Assembly (NCBI GenBank): GCA_001189195.1
Contig: LFCQ01000003.1
Location: 7,059 to 71,058 of the forward strand
From: Parcubacteria bacterium C7867-007
GTDB lineage: Bacteria; Patescibacteriota; Minisyncoccia; Phycocordibacterales; Phycocordibacteraceae
Direction: 5' to 3'
DNA: 64,000 bases
Shown: in pieces, positions 58,656 to 64,000 of the stretch
How the letters are laid out: the number at the start of each line of letters is the position of its first letter
Numbering within the stretch: position 1 is the stretch's first letter
Translations under genes and position numbers: made by a program
Notes under the pieces: model-generated
The model's input: only the letters and a program-made list of their open reading frames with translations
The model's database searches: none
What the model was told of the DNA's origin: nothing

Positions 58656-59111
58656 ATGAAAATTCATCTCGGGAAGCAACAATACCTTAAGTTACTAACT
58701 TTCATCTTTGGGTTTGCCTTGGTTATATTGGGTTTTTTCGTTGACAACCTTAAGGAATTCTCCGGTGTTGCAAGGATATTCTTTCCAGATGCATATTACC
58801 TAAACGAAGCGTTGGTGCATTTGGATTCCAAGAAAGATGTTCATGTCGGCGATCCGTCGTTCAAGTATGTGATTAAGCGGTGTGCGCCACCAGACTTTGA
58901 TTCGACGTTAGTAACGAGCTTTACAAAGGGCACTACAACTTATTACGTGACCTCGATGAGTCGTAAACCAGATTTTGGGATTCACGCACGGATTGGTGAG
59001 CTGACATCAGAGAGACCCATCTGCAACTCTCAAGCTCTTGAGGTGTCCGAGGACAAGATTTTGCTCTACGTCGGTCTACTTATTTCAATTGTGGGTTTTC
59101 TGATTAAGTAA
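58656..59111 (+). CDS. hypothetical membrane protein (N- and C-terminal TM helices)
   Basis: 151 aa in a low-GC region. No motif recognised. Confidence 0.4.
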   Translation: MKIHLGKQQYLKLLTFIFGFALVILGFFVDNLKEFSGVARIFFPDAYYLNEALVHLDSKKDVHVGDPSFKYVIKRCAPPDFDSTLVTSFTKGTTTYYVTSMSRKPDFGIHARIGELTSERPICNSQALEVSEDKILLYVGLLISIVGFLIK

Positions 59112-59221
59112 TTCCCTGCGAGGAGTGTGTGTAGCAGCTAATCATCATCACCAATGCCAGCGACAGCACCCCATAATTTGAGCTTCTTGCAGAAGCTCAT
59201 CTCAACTGGTTATAGTTAGGT

Positions 59222-59254
59222 ACACCCAATAAAACTTCAGTTTGTCACGGCGGC
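59222..59254 (+). repeat. direct repeat R1 (33 nt; partner at 60242-60274, 29 of 33 identical)
   Basis: aCACCCAATAAAAcTTCagTTTGTCACGGCGGC versus cCACCCAATAAAAaTTCgaTTTGTCACGGCGGC. Confidence 0.6.
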
Positions 59255-59284
59255 TCCTATCCCGTTTCCGCCACATATACAGAT

Positions 59285-59998
59285 ATGGAAATAAATCGAC
59301 AGGATTCCGAAAATTCGCATAAGGATAGCTACTCCTTCTGGCCCTTTGTAAGGGAGCGGCTATTTTCAATTTGTACTGCCTTACATGCGTGGGGGATCGG
59401 CCGATCTTTTGATAAGGTGATCGTGATTCTCACACTTGCTATTGCACTCATTAGCTTGGCTCTTTCCTATCAATCAGTCTTACTGGCTCGAGAGGCCGTT
59501 GATCTGTCAACGTCTCCACAGATTAATTACTATCTTCAGACGGAAGATTTGAATAGTGGTGAATATACTTTCGGCATTGAGAATAACGGCGTTATTTCTG
59601 TTCGCGATCTGTCTGTAAGTTACGTTACAACGGACATATACAAACGAGACTGCGACATAAAGAGAACACAAATAGTAATCTGCGGCGGCAGTTCTGCAGG
59701 TATGTCTAATGCTGTTCCTTCAAAAAAGAGCAAACTACAGCCGGGAGAAACTTTTACGTTTAAATTACTAACTGGTACATCACCCGACATGATCGTCGCG
59801 GTTTCTGTAGTGACTAATTACACTCGCAATGTGGACGGGCGCAGGGCGTCTGACCGAGTCACCTATTTCATTGATAACCACAGCGTGTATACGTTAGAAG
59901 CGATAAGGGATATACCAAGTATGCAAGCGTATATTGCTGCATTCCGCCAATTTTCAGCAGACAGCACGCTTGGAAATGAAAAGATCTATTGGCAATGA
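59285..59998 (+). CDS. hypothetical membrane-anchored protein
   Basis: 237 aa in a low-GC region, with one TM helix (VIVILTLAIALISLAL). Confidence 0.4.
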   Translation: MEINRQDSENSHKDSYSFWPFVRERLFSICTALHAWGIGRSFDKVIVILTLAIALISLALSYQSVLLAREAVDLSTSPQINYYLQTEDLNSGEYTFGIENNGVISVRDLSVSYVTTDIYKRDCDIKRTQIVICGGSSAGMSNAVPSKKSKLQPGETFTFKLLTGTSPDMIVAVSVVTNYTRNVDGRRASDRVTYFIDNHSVYTLEAIRDIPSMQAYIAAFRQFSADSTLGNEKIYWQ

Positions 59999-60026
59999 TT
60001 TAGACATTCCTACGCAGACTCATTCC

Positions 60027-60082
60027 CATACCAATCCTTCTTCAACCGCGTCACCCTCCGCTCCCAGTTGATGCGCCGTATG
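60027..60082 (+). repeat. direct repeat R2 (56 nt; partner at 61923-61978, 1 mismatch)
   Basis: CATACCAATCCTTCTTCAACCGCgTCACCCTCCGCTCCCAGTTGATGCGCCGTATG is repeated with a single g/t difference. Confidence 0.7.
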
Positions 60083-60241
60083 GCTGCATGGCCCGGATTT
60101 GGAGGACGCTCTGGGGGCGTAGGAGGGATGAACGGAGGAAGTCGATCGAGAATGAGCGGGTCCTGTACGCACTTGTCCATAATTCCCGTCACCAGTTCTG
60201 AAATCTGCTCTCGCTCTGTTCGAACGTGTGCATGACTCGGT

Positions 60242-60274
60242 CCACCCAATAAAAATTCGATTTGTCACGGCGGC
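60242..60274 (+). repeat. direct repeat R1' (copy of R1) followed by a terminator-like hairpin
   Basis: See R1. It is followed at 60268-60290 by cggccc-ttg-ggccg and a T-rich tract. Confidence 0.6.
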
Positions 60275-60518
60275 CCTTGGGCCGCTTTGTGCGTTATATA
60301 AGAACTCCACACGTACCGAGCATCTATTGAACTGCGTGTGAACAAGCGCAAACGACCATTTCTGACGCTAAAAGGCCGCAGTACTTGACTTTATATATGA
60401 ACCGGAAGTATTATTTCAATGTCAGTTCACGCAGATAGCTATTCTGATGAATAAACAAAGGGTTTTATACGGGACGCCCTAAAAAGAAATAGTCTCGAAT
60501 TATAAAAGTACTTTCTAC

Positions 60519-61100
60519 ATGAGCACTCTCACACCTCAGCAGATGAAGGAAATGATTCAGGCATCGGAACAAGCTGTTTCCGGTATGCAGGATGAAAGCC
60601 TCAAGCGTGCAGCATTTGAAGCGATCTTGTCCCGCTTGTTGAGCGGCGATACCCCGAGTCCAACTGGACCCGTTCGAAAGCAAAAAAAAGCGGCCAGTAA
60701 GCGAAAACCAGGAACAACTAACCCTGGCTCAGGTCGTGTTCGTGCAGCAACACGTATTTCATCCCTAGAGCTCGATGCCGCCCAACTGAAGGCGCTTAAA
60801 GAATTCTATGACCACTATGCTCCCGATGGGCAAGAGGAGGCCGTATTCACACTCGCTTACTTTGCACACGATAAACTAGCAATGAAGCAGTTTCAGGATG
60901 TCGATCTACACCGGCTCTATACGACCCTACTATCATTGAAACCAACAACCAAACCACCCTCGATGTCCGCTGAAGAGGTGACACGCGCTTCCCGTTGGCT
61001 GGTTGCCCCTAGTCGAAAGAAGCAGTGGCTCAAAAGTGTCGGGGAAGGAATATTTGAAGTCAGTCCGCACGGAATGCTGCGTATGACCTACGACGCATAA
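60519..61100 (+). CDS. hypothetical protein (cassette gene A), basic central linker
   Basis: 193 aa, 7 bp upstream of gene B. The cassette is flanked by the R2 and R2' repeats. Confidence 0.45.
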   Translation: MSTLTPQQMKEMIQASEQAVSGMQDESLKRAAFEAILSRLLSGDTPSPTGPVRKQKKAASKRKPGTTNPGSGRVRAATRISSLELDAAQLKALKEFYDHYAPDGQEEAVFTLAYFAHDKLAMKQFQDVDLHRLYTTLLSLKPTTKPPSMSAEEVTRASRWLVAPSRKKQWLKSVGEGIFEVSPHGMLRMTYDA

Positions 61101-61107
61101 GCTCTCG

Positions 61108-61845
61108 ATGATCAATTCTCCGATCGAATTCTTGCAGGCTGTCGATGCCGAATTGAAGAACGCTGTTGAGCGCGCGCGTGCCATTCTTTGGTATGCCAGT
61201 TCGAGAAGCCAAAGCGAAGGGCTCACCACAGCAGAAATTACGGACGTAATGGAGACTGCTGGTCATGCCAAGCAGAACAGAGCGCGGCTTGATACGCTTC
61301 TCACTCGGGATAAGAGATACATAAACCGAGTTCCAGGTCGCTCACAATGGCGACTCAGTGCCGTTGGAAAGCGTGAGCTTGATCCTGTGTATAGAACAGT
61401 TTCTCCGACACCGGTAACGATTGTTGTAACCGACAGCGTCCTACCTCGTGCTCTTGTTACAGGAACACGCGGTTATATTGAGAAGGTTACTCACCAAATC
61501 AATGGGTCGTACGACTGCGGACTGTATGATGCGTGCAGTGTGATGTGCAGGAGACTCTTGGAAACTCTGATTATCGAGGTATATGAACAAGCTGGCAGGA
61601 CCGATGAGATAAAAGGGGTCGACGGGAACTTCTTAATGTTCTCCGGCCTACTGGACGTTTTCGAAAAAGACAAAACGTTCACCCTCAGTCGAAATGGGAC
61701 CAAGGGATTGAGTGACTTCAAGTCTCTAGGTGACCTATCCGCACACAGTCGTCGATACAATGCCCTAAAGGCTGATATTGATCGAGTGCAAAGCGGTCTT
61801 CGTGTTGCGGTCGAAGAACTATTGCATCTAGCTAAACTCAAGTAA
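61108..61845 (+). CDS. hypothetical protein (cassette gene B): predicted winged-helix N-terminus and DUF4145/HEPN-like helical C-terminus
   Basis: N-terminal …LTTAEITDVMETAGHAKQNRARLDTLLTRDKRYINRV… (wHTH-like). C-terminal …CRRLLETLIIEVYEQ…FKSLGDLSAHSRRYN… resembles the (R/K)xLGNxAAH pattern of DUF4145/HEPN-type domains. This is inference without a database search. Confidence 0.45.
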   Translation: MINSPIEFLQAVDAELKNAVERARAILWYASSRSQSEGLTTAEITDVMETAGHAKQNRARLDTLLTRDKRYINRVPGRSQWRLSAVGKRELDPVYRTVSPTPVTIVVTDSVLPRALVTGTRGYIEKVTHQINGSYDCGLYDACSVMCRRLLETLIIEVYEQAGRTDEIKGVDGNFLMFSGLLDVFEKDKTFTLSRNGTKGLSDFKSLGDLSAHSRRYNALKADIDRVQSGLRVAVEELLHLAKLK

Positions 61846-61922
61846 GAGGTACGTGAAAGACGTCTCTACCACTTGAACTGCATCTCTATCGGGATTTAGG
61901 CAGCCTCTCCTCTATCCTTCTC

Positions 61923-61978
61923 ATACCAATCCTTCTTCAACCGCTTCACCCTCCGCTCCCAGTTGATGCGCCGTATGT
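61923..61978 (+). repeat. direct repeat R2' (copy of R2)
   Basis: See R2. Confidence 0.7.
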
Positions 61979-62022
61979 CATAGTTATTCAAACAACTCAC
62001 CCACACTGACACAAACACCAAT

Positions 62023-62481
62023 TTGTTAAAACCAAAATACTATTGTATAAAGTACTCGGCACAGGGGAGAGCTGCAATGATTGAAATAGAGCACGGCTTC
62101 ATTTCCTTCAAAGGACTTGAAGTACTACCGAACACCAAGATATACCTTGACCCCGAACCGCAAGGGAGAGCATTCCGGACGGGTCGTGTGGGTCGTCCAC
62201 GGAAGTCGGAAGTCCTTCATCCACCACACTTCTACATGTCGTTCGTGGTGGAGTGCAACGGTCAGACTGAGCGTATTGAGCACGAGGAGTTGATTCCCTT
62301 CACCTTCTTCCCGCTCACACACGATGTCTGTATCTGCATCACATACCGTAGCCAGACCGTGTTCTTTGCACTCTCTATCAGCAAGAAGCAAAGTCTCAAA
62401 GTGAAAGGGGAGGAAGACATCTTCCTTGAGGTTGCTTTGTCCTGGGAACAGGCAAAGAACTTCTTTCAGGTGATTCGCTAA
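62023..62481 (+). CDS. hypothetical protein
   Basis: 152-aa ORF (the start may be the internal Met at 62077), followed by a strong terminator. Confidence 0.35.
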   Translation: MLKPKYYCIKYSAQGRAAMIEIEHGFISFKGLEVLPNTKIYLDPEPQGRAFRTGRVGRPRKSEVLHPPHFYMSFVVECNGQTERIEHEELIPFTFFPLTHDVCICITYRSQTVFFALSISKKQSLKVKGEEDIFLEVALSWEQAKNFFQVIR

Positions 62482-62508
62482 CTATCGTGCGAGCACTAAT
62501 ACTGCAAC

Positions 62509-62540
62509 GGCGCCCCCTCATCGAGGGGCGCTGTTTTGTT
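62509..62540. terminator. bidirectional rho-independent terminator between convergent genes
   Basis: gcgcccc-ctcatcga-ggggcgc followed by tgttttgtttc. Confidence 0.65.
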
Positions 62541-62551
62541 TCTATTACAGG

Positions 62552-63676
62552 CTACGCACGCTTGAATATAAAGCGTGAAAGCACAAGGAAACTTTCAATA
62601 GCGATAATGAGTGCAGCAATTGCTTGAGCCAAAATGTACCAAACTCCTAGATAGTGTACGAGAATAAATACTATCCCTGTGTTTAGAACAAGGTTAATAG
62701 ACGCAACGAGCAAGTGAAGGGGAACCTGTATTGCCGTTGATTTCTGATGCTTGTAGTTAAAGGTCCAGTATTTATGAAGCAAGAAGTTCACAACACCTGA
62801 TGTCACAAACGCCACAACTGATGAAAGCAAATACCAGAGGTGTGAGATATCGGTGAGGATATAGAGAACTGCAATATTCACCAGTACACTTATCGAACCA
62901 GTGGTGAGAAAGCGGAGTGCCTTAGGAACCTCTTTGCCCATCGGTGCGCTGTGTATACCTAAACGGAAGAATACGATTGCTAACAGGCAATACAAGCCAT
63001 GTCTGGCACGTATCTTCTTTCCTTCTGTGACAGTGCGAGGATGATAGCTGATGGGTACCTGCGTAACGGTACCTGCGTGCTGGAGTATGTACGTCATCTC
63101 AATAGCATCAAAGACGAAGTCGTCACTCGGTGCTGCCAAGAGCGCAGGTATACGTTCACGAGGAAAGACCTTGTAGCAGCAAGGAACATCTTTAAATGAA
63201 CTTTTAAAGGCAAGATTATAGAACGATGATACTAACCTGCCTCCATAGAACAACATTCTATTTCGGTGAGCATCCTCTTCGGCAAGGGTACGGTATCCAA
63301 ATACCGTATCAACTCTCCCTTCAATGATTGGTGCAAGAAGTGATGGGTATTGTCCAGGATCAATCTCAAGGTCTGCATCTTGAATGATGCAGTATTCACC
63401 CGTTGCATGACGGAGTCCTTCTTTAACGGCACCACCTTTGCCTAGGTTCAGTGGAAGGTACACAACCTGCACAGTATTCTCTACACTACCAGATGAGAGT
63501 TTCCTTAATGCAACATGCGTCTCTTCTTTAGAGCCATCATCAACAACAATGATCTCTTTGGACCACCCAGAAGGAAGTTCAGTTGCAGTTACACGCTCAA
63601 CAACCTGGACAATAGTCTCAGCCTCGTTGAAACAAGGGATGATAACGCTTAGAAGTCTTTCCTCAGTCCTACTCAT
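62552..63676 (-). CDS. family-2 glycosyltransferase fused to a C-terminal GtrA-like 4-TM domain (polyprenol-phosphate sugar synthase-like)
   Basis: N-terminal GT-A fold (SVIIPCFNEAETIV…DDGSKEE…IQDADLE, DXD) and a C-terminal GtrA-like membrane domain. The start is reassigned to the ATG at 63676. Confidence 0.75.
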   Translation of the reverse strand: MSRTEERLLSVIIPCFNEAETIVQVVERVTATELPSGWSKEIIVVDDGSKEETHVALRKLSSGSVENTVQVVYLPLNLGKGGAVKEGLRHATGEYCIIQDADLEIDPGQYPSLLAPIIEGRVDTVFGYRTLAEEDAHRNRMLFYGGRLVSSFYNLAFKSSFKDVPCCYKVFPRERIPALLAAPSDDFVFDAIEMTYILQHAGTVTQVPISYHPRTVTEGKKIRARHGLYCLLAIVFFRLGIHSAPMGKEVPKALRFLTTGSISVLVNIAVLYILTDISHLWYLLSSVVAFVTSGVVNFLLHKYWTFNYKHQKSTAIQVPLHLLVASINLVLNTGIVFILVHYLGVWYILAQAIAALIIAIESFLVLSRFIFKRA

Positions 63677-64000
63677 AGAATTGTACAAGGGCATACTTGC
63701 CAGAACGTAGCAGCGCCCGCTTCTCACAAGATGCAACGCCTTCAGTGAAGTCTGTCATATCAAGAAGGCCATACTGGAGATCGTGCGCCTTTCCGTAGTC
63801 AGCAAAGGCAACACAATCTTTAGTTTCAAGTACGTCACGTACTTCGTGGTATCGAGCAAACCACTGATCTGCCGCTGCACCATCATACAAGGCAACGTTG
63901 CCATCCTTTCGAGCCACATACGTTGAACGATTTCCATAGGCACGCACCAGATTAGCCTCACCGTCTGGATTGGCAAGAACCATACTCTGTGGAGGTATGA
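63669..64000 (-). CDS. 3' portion of a gene whose frame stays open past the window end; hypothetical, possibly a sugar-modifying enzyme given the GT2 neighbour
   Basis: The reading frame remains open upstream of the Met at 63983, so the gene begins outside the window. No secure motif. Confidence 0.3.
   Translation of the reverse strand, partial: IPPQSMVLANPDGEANLVRAYGNRSTYVARKDGNVALYDGAAADQWFARYHEVRDVLETKDCVAFADYGKAHDLQYGLLDMTDFTEGVASCEKRALLRSGKYALVQFYE

Noticed and set aside
62999-63710. Plus-strand ORFs 62999-63199 and 63438-63710 inside the glycosyltransferase gene
   Set aside because: They are antisense shadow ORFs within a well-supported GT2-GtrA coding region.
1-64000. Alternative genetic code (e.g. 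UGA recoding, as in some reduced-genome lineages)
   Set aside because: Conserved genes terminate at TGA, TAA or TAG at the expected lengths (e.g. clpB at TAG, the TGA stop in the TGATG overlap at 15428), and tRNA-Trp has a normal CCA anticodon. There is no evidence for stop-codon reassignment.

Overview
This 64-kb window comes from a compact, gene-dense bacterial chromosome of about 50% GC. Annotation was done by eye from the sequence and ORF track; no database search was run, so family assignments rest on motifs and architecture.

Conserved genes: alr, infB (494 aa), rbfA, a cysteine desulfurase, clpB, rpmG, miaA, parB, a RelA/SpoT homologue, dprA-topA, serS, an FtsQ-like gene, dus, dnaX, a VIT1-family gene, an ABC-F ATPase, a HIT-family gene, an HD hydrolase, an RluB-type pseudouridine synthase, an ECF sigma/anti-sigma pair, a PIF1/RecD-like helicase, an FKBP isomerase, tgt, uvrB, a histidine kinase/response regulator pair, uvrA, uvrC, ddl and a GT2-GtrA glycosyltransferase. 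There are eight tRNAs: Leu-TAG, Lys-CTT, Leu-TAA, Cys-GCA, Trp-CCA, Leu-CAA, Gln-TTG, and a truncated Ala-like fragment.

Several proteins are minimal versions: a 494-aa IF-2, a 418-aa UvrC without the HhH domain, and a Tgt without the zinc-binding cysteine cluster. Together with the many small ORFs this suggests a reduced genome such as a Patescibacteria/CPR-like lineage; that is inference only.

Non-housekeeping content worth attention:
- A tandem array of five divergent 2-TM pilin-like (TrbC/VirB2-like) small proteins at 610-2551.
- Two translationally coupled genes at 14474-16455 in which the same pilin-like membrane module is fused to a LAS/M15/M23-type zinc peptidase-like domain and to an SLT-type lytic transglycosylase-like domain.
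- An FtsK/HerA-superfamily ATPase of type IV secretion type (VirB4/VirD4-like) with a 664-aa acidic partner and small membrane proteins, including a holin-like 4-TM protein, at 39-46 kb.
- A low-GC recombination hotspot at 58.6-62.5 kb: a truncated tRNA, two sets of direct repeats, and a two-gene cassette whose second protein combines a winged-helix N-terminus with a DUF4145/HEPN-like C-terminus (candidate defence module).
- Two high-GC single-gene islets at 46.5-47.1 kb and 55.56-55.99 kb.

No rRNA, CRISPR array, integrase or transposase was recognised.
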